A stretch of 64,000 bases of DNA, from assembly GCA_963755335.1 (NCBI GenBank), contig CAVWJW010000008.1, positions 1,305,684-1,369,683 on the forward strand, written 5' to 3'. The translations under genes and the position numbers were made by a program. The notes under the pieces are model-generated. The model was not told the DNA's origin and did no database searches. It saw only the letters and a program-made list of their open reading frames with translations. This DNA comes from an uncultured Actinomycetes bacterium. Its GTDB lineage: Bacteria; Actinomycetota; Actinomycetes; S36-B12. This document shows, one piece after another, positions 29,084 through 45,298 of this stretch (its first letter is position 1; each line of letters starts with the position of its first letter).

Positions 29084-29849
29084 GTGAACGACCACCTGCG
29101 CAGTGTCAGCGAGCTGGCCAGGCTGTCCGGCGTCACCGTCCGGACGCTGCACCACTACGACGAGATCGGCCTGCTGGTGCCGACCGACCGCAGCCGTGCC
29201 GGCTATCGGCTGTACGACGATAGCGACGTGCAGCGGCTGGCCCAGATCGTCGCGTACCGGGCCACCGGGATGTCCTTGACGGACATCGACACCGTGCTGT
29301 CCACTGACGGCGAGGTGCGCGCCGGTCATCTGCGTCGTCAGATCGAGCTGCTCGACGAGCGCCGCGAGCTGCTGGCCCGCCAGCGGCAGGTGCTGATCAA
29401 GGCATTGGAGGCGATGGGAATGGGCATCAACCTCGATCCCGAGGAGATCTTCGAGGTCTTCGGCGAGGACGACCCCCGGCGAGTACGAGGCGGAGGCAGC
29501 GGAGCGCTGGGGGGAGACGGACGCCTACGCCGAGTCGTGGCGACGGACGTCCTCGTACACGAAGGAGGACTGGCAGCGCGCGCAGGCGGACGCCGAGGCG
29601 GTCGTGGAGGGCTTCATCGACTGCAAGGCGGCCGGTCTGTCGCCTGAGTCGGCGGAGGCGATGCGCGCCGCAGAGAGTCATCGCGAGAACATCACGCGCT
29701 GGTACTACGACTGCACCTACGAGATGCAGGTGGGGCTGGCCGACATGTACCTGGCCGACCCTCGATTCATGGCGAACTACGAGAAGCGGATGCCGGGACT
29801 CACCCAATACGTCCACGACGCGATCATGGCCAACGCACTGCGCGACTGA
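29084..29849 (+). CDS. MerR-family regulator with TipAS-like C-terminal domain (TipAL/Mta type), 1 frame break
   Basis: SVSELARLSGVTVRTLHHYDEIGLLVPTDRSRAGYRLYDDSDVQRLAQIVAYRATGMSL (MerR HTH). The C-terminus ...AERWGETDAYAESWRRTSSYTKEDW...RWYYDCTYEMQVGLADMYLADPRFMANYE is TipAS-like. Shift in the C-run near 29475. Confidence 0.8.
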
Positions 29850-29871
29850 GCCCGTCGCCTAAGGTCGCAGG

Positions 29872-30468
29872 GTGGGCACCTCCGGGACCGTGGTCGGCGA
29901 GGACGGCGTGGCGCGCTGCGCCTGGGGCGACTCGACTGCCGACTACCGGCGCTACCACGACGGCGAGTGGGGCCATCCCGTCCACGGCGACAGCGCGTTG
30001 TTCGAGCGGATCACGCTCGAGGCCTTCCAGTCGGGACTGTCGTGGCTGACGATCCTGCGCAAGCGCCCGGCATTCCGCGCGGCGTTCGCGGAGTTCGATC
30101 CGGAGCAGGTGGCGGCCTTCGACGACCAGGACGCCGAACGGCTGCTCGCCGACGCCGGCATCGTCCGCAACCGGCGCAAGATCGAGGCGACCCTCGTCAA
30201 TGCCCGGGCGGTCCTGGCCCTGCAGGACCGCGACGGTCCTGAAGCGCTCGACACCCTGGTCTGGTCCCATGCCCCGGCCCGCCACCGACGTCCGGCATCG
30301 CTGGAGCAGGTGCCCTCGCAGACGCCGGAGTCGCAGGCGCTCAGCAAGGCGCTCAAGAGGCAGGGCTTCGTGTTCGTCGGTCCGACAACGATGTACGCGG
30401 CGATGCAGGCGTGCGGGCTGGTCGATGACCACGTGCGCGGCTGTCACCGCGCCGGCGGAACCGGCTAG
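29872..30468 (+). CDS. tag: DNA-3-methyladenine glycosylase I
   Basis: ARCAWGDSTADYRRYHDGEWGHPVHGDSALFERITLEAFQSGLSWLTILRKRPAFRAAF...GFVFVGPTTMYAAMQACGLVDDH is a near-textbook Tag sequence. Confidence 0.9.
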   Translation: MGTSGTVVGEDGVARCAWGDSTADYRRYHDGEWGHPVHGDSALFERITLEAFQSGLSWLTILRKRPAFRAAFAEFDPEQVAAFDDQDAERLLADAGIVRNRRKIEATLVNARAVLALQDRDGPEALDTLVWSHAPARHRRPASLEQVPSQTPESQALSKALKRQGFVFVGPTTMYAAMQACGLVDDHVRGCHRAGGTG

Positions 30469-31571
30469 GCGCTGACCGCCGGAGCGGGTTCGACCACTGG
30501 TGGCGGGAACGGTCGTTCGGGATCGCGGCCGGTGAGGTACTTGGCGACGGAGTAGATCGCCCCCGCCACGGGAACGGCGATCAGTGCGCCGACGATGCCC
30601 ATGGCGATCCCGCCGGCGGCGATGGCGAAGACGATGGCCAGCGGATGCAGGCTGACCGCCTTGCCCATGACGAGTGGCTGAAGCACGTCACCGTCGAACG
30701 AGCCGACGACGACGGTGAGCGCGATCACCAGGAGAGCGACGACGGGTCCTCGCTCCGCCAGGGCCACGACCGCCGCGAAGAAGGTCGCCACCGGGGCGCC
30801 GATGACCGGGATGAAGGCGCCGAGGAAGACCACGGCTGCCAGCGCAGGCGCGAGTGGTACTTGAAGGATCGTCAGGCCGATGAACACGAGCACGGCGTCG
30901 GCGAAGGCGACGATGACGATGCCGCGGGTATAGCCGGAGATCGCATCCCAGGCCAGGTGCCCGGAGACATCGATCGGGCTCTGGGTCCGCTTGGGCATCC
31001 ACGAGACGACCCATCCCCAGATGGTCTCGGGCGTCATCATGAAGAACACGACGCCGTACAGGAACACCGACGCGGCGATGACGAGCGTGCCGACGGATCC
31101 GAGCGCGCCCATGGCGTCGCCGAGCAGCCCCGTGGCCACGGTCTTGCCCCAGGACTGCGCCTGCTGCAGGAGGTTGTGGATGCTGGCATCGCTCAGCTGC
31201 AGCGGTCCGGTCCGCAGCCAGGTCTCGAGGTCGTTGAAGCCGCTGGTGAGCGACGCGACCAGCTTGGGCCCCTCCTGGATGGTGGCACGCACCACGACGG
31301 CGAGGATGACCACGACGGCGGCACCGATGACGATCAGCGCCAGCGCCATGCTGATGACCTTGGGCAGGAACCGCTGGAGCAGGTGCATGAGCGGCTGAGC
31401 CCACGCGGTCATCAGCATCGCGAAGAAGATCGCGAAGGCAACGGGGAGGATCTTGTTGAGCACGGCGCCGGCCAGTGCGACGCCGGCGAGGACGACCAGG
31501 ACTCGCCAGGTGATGCCGGCCAGCAGGCGGAGCGTGTCAGGGACTTGCGCCGCCGGCGTCTGGTCGCTCAT
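30465..31571 (-). CDS. AI-2E family (PerM/YhhT-like) membrane transporter
   Basis: 368 aa and multi-pass. Has ...GYTRGIVIVAFADAVLVFIGLTILQVPLAPALAAVVFLGAFIPVIGAPVA...GDVLQPLVMGKAVSLHPLAIVFAI typical of the family. Confidence 0.75.
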   Translation of the reverse strand: MSDQTPAAQVPDTLRLLAGITWRVLVVLAGVALAGAVLNKILPVAFAIFFAMLMTAWAQPLMHLLQRFLPKVISMALALIVIGAAVVVILAVVVRATIQEGPKLVASLTSGFNDLETWLRTGPLQLSDASIHNLLQQAQSWGKTVATGLLGDAMGALGSVGTLVIAASVFLYGVVFFMMTPETIWGWVVSWMPKRTQSPIDVSGHLAWDAISGYTRGIVIVAFADAVLVFIGLTILQVPLAPALAAVVFLGAFIPVIGAPVATFFAAVVALAERGPVVALLVIALTVVVGSFDGDVLQPLVMGKAVSLHPLAIVFAIAAGGIAMGIVGALIAVPVAGAIYSVAKYLTGRDPERPFPPPVVEPAPAVSA

Positions 31572-31584
31572 GCCCTGAGGCTAC

Positions 31585-31944
31585 TCACGCATCGAGATGG
31601 AGGGCCGCGCGCTCGCCGACGTCGGGGACGGTGATCTCGTCGTCATTGGATCGCGCCACGAGGTAGCTCGCATCGTCGAGGAACTTGACGGAGAAGAAGC
31701 CGCCGGGCGCGCGATAGCGGCCAGCGTCACCCGGGCCGAGGATGGTTCCGTCGATCTCGATGCGGCCGGACACCACGTACGTGACGCAGCCCTTGCTGTA
31801 TCCGTGGGCCGGGACCACGTCGCCCTTGCGGCCGTGGACGATCGTCATCATGGCGCCGTCGGTGCGCAGGCGGGTCACCTCGGAGCCGAGGACGTTGCGC
31901 TCCCAGGTCATCTCGTCGGCGCGCACAGTGGTGAAGCCAGCCAT
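31585..31944 (-). CDS. Cupin-domain protein
   Basis: 119 aa. The beta-barrel-type pattern ...IVHGRKGDVVPAHGYSKGCVTYVVSGRIEIDG...GDAGRYRAPGG is consistent with a single cupin fold. No specific function can be assigned. Confidence 0.45.
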   Translation of the reverse strand: MAGFTTVRADEMTWERNVLGSEVTRLRTDGAMMTIVHGRKGDVVPAHGYSKGCVTYVVSGRIEIDGTILGPGDAGRYRAPGGFFSVKFLDDASYLVARSNDDEITVPDVGERAALHLDA

Positions 31945-31974
31945 GGTGTTCCTTCCGGTCTGAGGTGACGAACG

Positions 31975-32610
31975 CTAGTCGATCCGCACGGATCCATGCG
32001 GGGTGGAGAACCACACGGCGTTGACGCCCGGGTCACCGTCGTCGACCCAGTCGACCTTGATGCCGTCGAGTGGCACCTCGTGATCGGCGCCCAGCCAATC
32101 GGAGATGGTGTCGGGGTCGCCGTTCATCTCGACGCTCTCGATCCCGACCGCGCCCCCGCCAGTGGACGGGTGGTGGTCGGTCGGGGTGGTCCACTGGATG
32201 AAGAAGGGGAGCTGCGGATCGTCGAGGACGTCGAGCACGCCGATCTGCTTCCAGCACAGCTCGAAGCCGTCCGGGCGGATGCGGTGGCCGGGGCGTCCGT
32301 CGCGGCCCAGCCGGGACTCGACGACGGCGAGGTCATCGACGGAGACGGTCCAGCTCATCCATCCGCCGCCGTCCTCGGCGCGCCGGGCGACCGCACGGCC
32401 GAACGGGGCCTTGTCGGCCGCGGGGTGGTCGAGCGCCGACACCACCTCGAGGTAGCAGCCGTTGGCCAGGGGGAGGATGAAGTTGCGAGTGCCGAACGAC
32501 GGGTGCCGTCCGCCGTCGACGAACGTCGCCCCCAGATCGGAGCCGATGCGCTGGACGACGTCGGGCAACTCGGCGGTCGTGCACGCGTACGAGATGTGAT
32601 CAAGCCGCAT
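31975..32610 (-). CDS. VOC/glyoxalase-like domain protein
   Basis: From the internal Met (MRLDHISYACTT...GGRHPSFGTRNFILPLANGCYLEVVSALDHP...FFIQW) typical of Glyoxalase-like/VOC proteins. The upstream part of ORF 31975..32793 looks non-coding. Confidence 0.6.
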   Translation of the reverse strand: MRLDHISYACTTAELPDVVQRIGSDLGATFVDGGRHPSFGTRNFILPLANGCYLEVVSALDHPAADKAPFGRAVARRAEDGGGWMSWTVSVDDLAVVESRLGRDGRPGHRIRPDGFELCWKQIGVLDVLDDPQLPFFIQWTTPTDHHPSTGGGAVGIESVEMNGDPDTISDWLGADHEVPLDGIKVDWVDDGDPGVNAVWFSTPHGSVRID

Positions 32611-32686
32611 AGTCGCATCCTGCCCAATGACCCGAAGGCACGTGCAGTTGCCCCCCACATCCTCCGTTTGTGGCAGGCTCGGCGCC

Positions 32687-33769
32687 ATGAGTGATCCCTC
32701 CGCATCCCCGATGGCCAAGCTCGACAAGAAGAAGTCGATCATCCTCGGCGTCATCGGCCTGGCCATCGTCGTGATCATCTTCGTGAAGGTCATTCCGCAG
32801 ATCGGCGACTACGCCGCTGCTGCAGAAGCGTTGCAGGCCATGGGCATCGGCGCGATGATCGTGGTCGGCGTTGCTGTCGTCATCTACCTGTTCGCCTACG
32901 GCTTCCCGTTCATGGCGGCCACCCCGGGCCTGAAGTACTGGAAGTCGCAGCAGGTCAACCAGGCGGCCTTCGCGATCAGCAACGGCGTTCCCGCCGGTGG
33001 CGCGTTCGGCCTCGCCGTCCAGTTCGCGATGCTGACGTCCTACGAGGTCCCGGGCACGACGGCGACGGCGGCGATCACGGCAGTCGGCCTGTGGAGCATG
33101 TTCGTGAGCCTGGGCCTGCCCATCTTCGGAGTCGCGGCGCTGGCCGCCTCCGGTGGCGACCTCGCCTACGCGTGGGTCGCACCCGTCGGCCTGGCGATCC
33201 TCGTGGTCGGCATCACGCTCTTCGTGCTCGTCATGCGCTCGGAGAAGCTGGCCGTCAAGATCGGGAACCTGGCCAACCGGATGCTCGGGCCGGTCCGCGG
33301 AAAATTCAAGGTGCCCAAGGACCTCGACGCGTCGGCCCCCATCATCAAGTTCCGGTCCGACATGTACGGCCTGCTCAAGAAGCGCTGGGGTCGCATCACG
33401 GTGGCGCAGCTGTCCGTGATCATGACCCAGTTCCTGATCTTCTACGTCGCCCTGCGCGGTGTGCAGGGCTGGGACGAGCCGGGCGCCTCGGTGCTGGCCG
33501 CGTTCGGCGCCTTCGCCACCGCGCAGATCATGCTGATGGTCCCCATCACCCCGGGTGGATTGGGCACCGTCGACGCGCTGATGATCTCGCTGCTCGTCAG
33601 CATGGGCGTCTCCGAGGGAGACGCGACCGCGGCCGACCTCGTGTGGCGCGCAGCGTCCTACGTGCCGCAGATCATCATCGGCATCATCGCTCTCATCTCG
33701 TGGTTCCGGAAGGCGGGCCAGACCTACGCGGCTGCCGCACCGACCGAGGATCCCGCCCCGGCGGCGTGA
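32687..33769 (+). CDS. UPF0104 / lysylphosphatidylglycerol-synthase-TM-region-like (flippase-like) membrane protein
   Basis: From MSDPSASPMAKLDKKKSIILGVIGLAIVVIIF... Eight or more TM segments. The C-terminal PITPGGLGTVDALMISLL motif is characteristic of the family. Confidence 0.6.
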   Translation: MSDPSASPMAKLDKKKSIILGVIGLAIVVIIFVKVIPQIGDYAAAAEALQAMGIGAMIVVGVAVVIYLFAYGFPFMAATPGLKYWKSQQVNQAAFAISNGVPAGGAFGLAVQFAMLTSYEVPGTTATAAITAVGLWSMFVSLGLPIFGVAALAASGGDLAYAWVAPVGLAILVVGITLFVLVMRSEKLAVKIGNLANRMLGPVRGKFKVPKDLDASAPIIKFRSDMYGLLKKRWGRITVAQLSVIMTQFLIFYVALRGVQGWDEPGASVLAAFGAFATAQIMLMVPITPGGLGTVDALMISLLVSMGVSEGDATAADLVWRAASYVPQIIIGIIALISWFRKAGQTYAAAAPTEDPAPAA

Positions 33770-33914
33770 CGCACGGCGTGTCGTCGGCCGACCTCTGACG
33801 TCACGCGCCTAAGGTTGCACCGACCTGGTCGTCGCGGGAGGGGAAGCCTTCGGCGGCCAGGTCTCTTCACGTCCCGGTACGTCCGGGCGGCGCCGGATTT
33901 CCTATAGTGACGCC

Positions 33915-34719
33915 GTGCGATCCGCGGGGGACACTCGGCGCTGGGCGCGTTATGCAGCCCTCGGTGACAGCTTCACCGAGGGACTGTGCGACGACGTCGG
34001 CCCCGACGGCCGGCATCGCGGCTGGGCCGATCTCGTGGCCCTCGATCTCGCCGCCCGATGGGGCGGGATCGACTACGCGAATCTCGCCGTCCGCGGCCGG
34101 CTGATCCGGGAGGTCGTTGCTGAGCAGGTGCCCGACGCGATCGCGCTGAAACCCGACCTGACCAGTCTCGCCGTCGGGATCAACGACACCCTGCGCAGGT
34201 CGTTCGACGTCCACCAGGCAGCCACTGACCTCGAGAACGGAGTCCGGGCCCTGCGGCAGGCGGACAGCGACGTGCTCATCTTCGCCTTCGGCGATCCGGC
34301 CCGACGCTCCCGCGTCGTGGGCCTGATCCGCGAGCGCATCCGCCTGTACAACACGGCGGTCGAGGCCATCGCCCGGCGCTACGACTGCTTCGTCGTCAGG
34401 TACTGGGATGTCGCCGTGATGGACGACGACCGACTGTGGGCCGACGACCGGCTGCACCTGTCCCCGGCGGGGCACGTGGTGGCCGCCGACAGCGCCCTCG
34501 AGGCACTGGGCCTGATCGACGGCTCATGGCGCACGCCGCTGGTTCCGGAGCCGCGGCCCAGTGCCCTCGATCGCAGGCGCCGGCCACGCCCGGTGGGTGC
34601 GCGGGCACCTCGGACCCTGGCTGGCTCGTCGCGCGCGTGGGATCTCCTCGGGCGACGCCGTCGTGGCGAAGCATCCGGGCTGGGTCCGGGTGACCGCGGG
34701 GGAGTTCATCGACCCCTGA
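33915..34719 (+). CDS. SGNH/GDSL hydrolase-family protein, 1 frame break
   Basis: YAALGDSFTEG (block I), NLAVRG, GINDTLR (block III), DRLHLSPAGH (block V). The C-terminus RWVRGHLGPWLARRARGISSGDAVVAKHPGWVRVTAGEFIDP lies in another frame (shift near 34580). Confidence 0.75.
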
Positions 34720-34812
34720 CCGGGTTTGCCGCCCAGGCGCGGCGTGACGTAGCGTGAGGAAACCTGACAATTCTTCCCGGCCTCGGCCGGGTCGACTGCA
34801 ACCGGAGGATCA

Positions 34813-35319
34813 ATGCCACGACCCAAGGTCTCCACGGATCGCCCGGGCGAGCGCCAGGGCCGTCCTCAGCTGACGCGCGAGGGCTGGGCCCGACTGCAGG
34901 ATCGGATCGTCGACATCCGGGAGCGCCAGCTGCCCGACCTGCGGCCCCTGCTTACCGAGACCGAGCGTGACGAGCGCATGGTGGCGGACTTCGAGCGGCT
35001 GATGGAGGAGGCCGACGCCATCGACGCGCTCCTCGGCACGGCCGACGTCATCGTGATCGACCCGGTGTCGGTCGACGGGCGGGTCGAGCTCGGGATGCGC
35101 GTGCAGGTGGTGCTCGCCGACGGCACGACCACGTGGGTCCGACCGGTGCACCCGGACGAGGCGTTCCTCGACGACGAGCGCGTGTCGGCGACCTCGCCGC
35201 TGGCGATCGCGCTCATCGGTGCCCGAGCCGGGCACACGGTGTGGGTGGACGCTCCCACAGGCGCATGGCCGTGCGAGGTCCTGGGCATCGACCTCGACGG
35301 CGTCGCGCTCGAGGACTAG
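34813..35319 (+). CDS. GreA/GreB-family (Rnk-like) transcription factor homologue
   Basis: LTREGWARLQDRIVDIRERQLPDL... followed by the C-terminal FKBP-like segment VELGMRVQVVLADG...VHPDEA...ERVSATSPLAIALIGARAGHTVWVDAPTG. Confidence 0.65.
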   Translation: MPRPKVSTDRPGERQGRPQLTREGWARLQDRIVDIRERQLPDLRPLLTETERDERMVADFERLMEEADAIDALLGTADVIVIDPVSVDGRVELGMRVQVVLADGTTTWVRPVHPDEAFLDDERVSATSPLAIALIGARAGHTVWVDAPTGAWPCEVLGIDLDGVALED

Positions 35320-35417
35320 GCGTCGACGACCGGTCCGCCGTCGTCCACAGGAGCTCCGCACAGGGGCGGCCTTCCCCAGACCGCGTGAGGCAGGACCTGT
35401 AGGCCAGCAGCGGGCCA

Positions 35418-36489
35418 ATGCTCGCGAGCATGGCAACCTCTCCTGTAGGCGATTCCCTTGTCCTGCGCAGTCCCGATGCGATGGTCGCTGCACTGCCGTA
35501 CCTCGTGGGGTTCACGCCCCATGAGAGCGCGACGGCGGTGTGGATCGCTGCGGGTCGACTGCTGCTCACGCAGCGGATGGACCTGGCCGGCTGGCTCGTG
35601 GACTCGCGCGCGTGGCTTGCCGCGCTCTTCGAGCATCCGTCCGCAAGGGCCGCCGACCAGCTGATCATGGTGCTGACCAGCAGCAGCGAGGTCCCCACTT
35701 CCCTCGTGGACGAATTGCGCGCCGGCGGCGGAGCATCGCGAGGTACTGGTCCGCGACATCCTGATCGTGGACGATGGCAGGTGGCGCAGTGCCATGTGCA
35801 CGGACGAGGCCTGCTGCCCACAGGTGGGCCGGCCCATCGATCCGCAGGTCCTCGTCGAGGTCTCGGCCGAGTTCACCGTCATGGGTGCCGCCCCCCTGGC
35901 GGATCGCGACGAGCTCCTCGCCTCCCTGTCGGCCGACCCCGGGCGGATCCGGCAGGTCGAGGCCAGCGCCGCCAGTGCCCGTCGACCCCGGAGGGGCCGC
36001 GACATCGAGGGATGGCGTGACGAGTCCATCGAGCGGACCGTGCGGCTTCTCCTGCCCGACTCGCGCGTACACGGCACGAAGGCTCCCGGCGGGCTCGCGG
36101 ACATCGCCGACGTGGCCGCGCTGCTGCACGGCCTTGCCGACATCCGGGTACGCGACACGGTCCTCTGGGAGCTCGCGGCCGCACATCCGGATGCGCTCCG
36201 TGGTGCGCTGGCCCAGCTGACCGCGGGAGTGCGGGCCGCGCCGGAACCGCTGGTCGCGCCAATCGCGACCACGTGCGCGGTGGCCGCGTGGCTCCTCGGC
36301 GATGGCGCCCGTGCGTCGATCGCCGCCGAGCGGGCCCTGTCGGCCCGCCCGGACTACACGCTCGGACAACTCGTCCTTCAGTCCCTGCGCGGCGGACTGC
36401 CGCCGACGACGTGGCGCTCGGCGATGGCCGGCGTCTCCCGCGATGAGTGCCGCCACGGCATCACGAACGCGGACCGGCAGGCCGGCTGA
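35418..36489 (+). CDS. DUF4192-family actinobacterial protein, 1 frame break
   Basis: LRSPDAMVAALPYLVGFTPHESATAVWI...CCPQVGRPID...VRDTVLWELA are patterns I associate with DUF4192. Shift near 35730. Confidence 0.55.
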
Positions 36490-36539
36490 GGTCGGCACGT
36501 CCGCTGCACGGACCGGCTCGACAGGCCCCAAGCGGGGTT

Positions 36540-36568
36540 TTGTCAAGACGCAAGGCTCTGGCTATAGT
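36540..36568 (+). promoter_or_regulatory. Strong sigma-A-type promoter of the metY-metX leader
   Basis: TTGTCA (36540-36545), 17 nt, TATAGT (36563-36568). The predicted TSS is about 7 nt before the riboswitch 5' end. Confidence 0.5.
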
Positions 36569-36575
36569 TCGCGGA

Positions 36576-36682
36576 GGTCAAGAGTTCCAGCGCTCAGCTC
36601 CGGCTTGCTGGACGGCAACCCTCCACCGCGGTGGGGTGCTCCGGATGAAGACCTGGCCCGGACTTTCGGGCAAGCGCGGGTC
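36576..36682 (+). promoter_or_regulatory. SAM-IV riboswitch aptamer
   Basis: GGUCAAGAGUUCCAGCG...CCGGCUUGCUGGACGGCAACCCUCCACCGCGGUGGGGUGCUCCGGAUGAAGACCUGGC...GGCAAGCGCGGGUC follows the SAM-IV consensus as I remember it. It lies upstream of metY-metX, the usual actinobacterial context. Confidence 0.75.
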
Positions 36683-36747
36683 TTGCGCAGGGCAAGACCC
36701 CGGAGATATTGCGAGGTCTGAATGCGCTGTTGTTGTCGAATGCCTAA

Positions 36748-39386
<2,639 letters not shown>

Positions 39387-39461
39387 GGACCAGTGCAGCC
39401 GTTGTCCACAGGCGCCGGTGCGACCCTGACGTGCTGACGACGATTCGCCTACCGTCGACAG

Positions 39462-40316
39462 GTGAGCTCGACTCCACCCTCCCCTGCGATGCGGCTGGTC
39501 CGCGCCGTCCTGGCAGTGCTCGCCGCTGCCGTCATCGTCGTGCTGGTGCTGCAGTCAGGCGGTACGGCTCGAGCCGCTGACGTCCGAGGCGACAACGGCC
39601 AGGATCGCTACGTCGGGACGGGCGGTCTGATCCTTCCCGGCGGGGTGGACTCGCGCACGCGCGTCGAGGTGGCCGGCTGCGGCGGCTGCCGCTGGAGACT
39701 GTCGGCGCCGTGTGCCCTCGAACTGCCCGGCACTCCCTTCCCCGGCCAGTCCGCGTGCCTGAGCGTCGCTCGCGGCTGCCCGGTGTCCGGCGAGCTGCTG
39801 CGCGTGTGGTTCGAGCCCTCCGGCGGGGCGTGGACCGATCGCGGGCTGATCTGCCTGCGGGACGGCGGTCCGGTGACCGTCGCACGGCTCGCCGGGACCG
39901 CGAGGGAGCGCTTCGCCCACGATCTTCCGCCCGTCGCGATCGGCGTCACCCCCGCCAGCGGCGTCCTTGCCCAGATCCCCGTCGTCTTCGCCAGTGGACA
40001 ACCCGCCGGTGTCTTCACCGCCCGCTACGACCTGCTGGGGGAGGAGGTCCACCTCGTTGGGCAGCCGCGCTGGTCGTGGACGTTCGGCGACGGAGCCACG
40101 CTGGTCACCGACGATCCGGGCGGCTCGTATCCGCACCTGGCGGTCAGCCACGCCTACCGGCGGGCCGGGCGCGAGCCCGTCGACCTGCGGACCGACTGGT
40201 CGGCCTCCTTCACCGCGGCGGGCCTTGGGCCCTTCCCGATCACCGAGCCCGTGAGCCAGACGGCGAGCCGATCCGTGGCGGTCGGCGAGGGCCGGGCGCT
40301 GCTCGCCGTGCGGTAG
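39462..40316 (+). CDS. Membrane-anchored/secreted hypothetical protein with PKD-like motif
   Basis: N-terminal hydrophobic anchor LVRAVLAVLAAAVIVVLVL. Cysteine cluster CGGCRW...C...C. C-terminal WSWTFGDGATLVTDDPGGSYPHLAVSHAYRRAG resembles the PKD WxFGDG...HxY motif. Confidence 0.45.
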   Translation: MSSTPPSPAMRLVRAVLAVLAAAVIVVLVLQSGGTARAADVRGDNGQDRYVGTGGLILPGGVDSRTRVEVAGCGGCRWRLSAPCALELPGTPFPGQSACLSVARGCPVSGELLRVWFEPSGGAWTDRGLICLRDGGPVTVARLAGTARERFAHDLPPVAIGVTPASGVLAQIPVVFASGQPAGVFTARYDLLGEEVHLVGQPRWSWTFGDGATLVTDDPGGSYPHLAVSHAYRRAGREPVDLRTDWSASFTAAGLGPFPITEPVSQTASRSVAVGEGRALLAVR

Positions 40317-40440
40317 GCCCCCTGATTACTCGTTCGGCGGTCGGCGTGGCACAATGGCGGGAATACCGGCCCGTTTCCAAGCCTTGTGCTTGACACGGGC
40401 CCTTGTCGTGGGTCAACGCGAGAAAGGCACCCCCACCTCG

Positions 40441-41962
<1,522 letters not shown>

Positions 41963-41967
41963 CAGCA

Positions 41968-42777
41968 GTGCCGATAATGCCTAGCCTGATCAAGGTCAGG
42001 GCGATCGGCGACGGCGGCGCGCCGAGCGTCGTCGAGGTCACGATGGCCAACGCCGATCGTCGCAACGCAATGGGCGCCGAGATGCTCGCCGAGCTGGGGG
42101 AGGCACTCCACGAGGCAGAGGACGCCGGGGCTCGCGCCCTCGTGTTCCGGGCCGAGCCGGGAGTCAGCACGTGGTCGGCGGGCTACGACATCGCCGAGCT
42201 GCCGACGGACGGATCCGACCCGCTCACCTGGACCAACCCCCTCGAGGGGTTCCTCCACGCGGTGCGCGAGGCGCCCTTCCCGGTGATCGCCGCCGTCGAG
42301 GGCGGGGTGTGGGGCGGCGCCTGTGAGTTCGTGCTCACCTGTGACCTGATCGTCGCCGTCCGCACCGCGACCTTCGCCATCACGCCGGCGAGGCTCGGCG
42401 TTCCGTACAACACCGCGGGGGTCGCCCACCTGCTGAGCGCGCTTCCGCTCAATGTGGCCAAGGAGATGTTCTTCACGGCGCTGCCGATCTCGGCGGAGTC
42501 GGCTGCCGAGCACGGCGTCGTCAACCGGCTGGTGGCCGACTCGCAGGAGCTCACCGACACCGCCACCGACCTGGGCCGGCGAATCGCCTCGCTGGCGCCC
42601 CTGGCGATCCGCGCGATCAAGGGCGAGATGACGGCATTGACGAACGTGCGCTCACTGACCAGTGACGACTTCGAGAGGCTGACGGCACTGCGGCGCGCGG
42701 CCTGGCTGAGTGAGGACTATCAGGAGGGCATCCGTGCATTCGCCGAACGCCGGCAGCCGAGCTTCGAGGGGCGTTAG
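41968..42777 (+). CDS. Crotonase-superfamily enzyme resembling methylmalonyl-CoA decarboxylase (ScpB/YgfG-like)
   Basis: STWSAGYDIAEL...DPLTWTNPL...VEGGVWGGACEFVLTCDLIVA...TPARLGVPYN...SEDYQEGIRAFAERRQPSFEG parallels the E. coli YgfG sequence as I recall it. Start is GTG 41968 or ATG 41977. Confidence 0.6.
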   Translation: MPIMPSLIKVRAIGDGGAPSVVEVTMANADRRNAMGAEMLAELGEALHEAEDAGARALVFRAEPGVSTWSAGYDIAELPTDGSDPLTWTNPLEGFLHAVREAPFPVIAAVEGGVWGGACEFVLTCDLIVAVRTATFAITPARLGVPYNTAGVAHLLSALPLNVAKEMFFTALPISAESAAEHGVVNRLVADSQELTDTATDLGRRIASLAPLAIRAIKGEMTALTNVRSLTSDDFERLTALRRAAWLSEDYQEGIRAFAERRQPSFEGR

Positions 42778-42977
42778 CCCTTCTCGGTGAGTCGATGGGT
42801 CTCGTCGAGGATCTCGACTGCCTGCGGACGCAGGACGGCCTCGTGACGGTTCCAGTGGTGGCTGCAGAACAGCAGGTCGGTGCCCCCGGGCAGAACGACC
42901 CGCACGAATGCCTGCGCGCTGCAGCGATCGCAACGATCGGTGGCGCTGAGGGCTGGCGCGGTCAGTGTCGGGGTCAT
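42774..42977 (-). CDS. Small conserved Cys/His-motif protein
   Basis: 67 aa. CDRC...(19 aa)...CSHHWNRH suggests a zinc-binding knuckle. Sits between sigA and parE. Confidence 0.45.
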   Translation of the reverse strand: MTPTLTAPALSATDRCDRCSAQAFVRVVLPGGTDLLFCSHHWNRHEAVLRPQAVEILDETHRLTEKG

Positions 42978-43125
42978 CGCCCGGTACCTCCCTGTCTCGT
43001 CGTCCTGCGTCGTGGTGCTCTGTCACTTGCTACTAACAGTCTGACACGGTTCGGATGTTCCCCCCGCACCATGCGGCGTGGGTTCGCCCACAGCGAAGAA
43101 CGTATCCGAGCACAAGGGCACAAAT

Positions 43126-43158
43126 GTGACACGCGGCGTCGAACGTCCGGCGTGTCAC
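43126..43158. promoter_or_regulatory. Inverted repeat in the parE-like upstream region
   Basis: GTGACACGC (43126-43134), 15 nt, GCGTGTCAC (43150-43158), ending 23 nt upstream of GTG 43181. Confidence 0.3.
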
Positions 43159-43180
43159 GGTCCGCGGCTAGGTTGAGGGG

Positions 43181-45289
<2,109 letters not shown>

Positions 45290-45298
45290 CCATGACCG

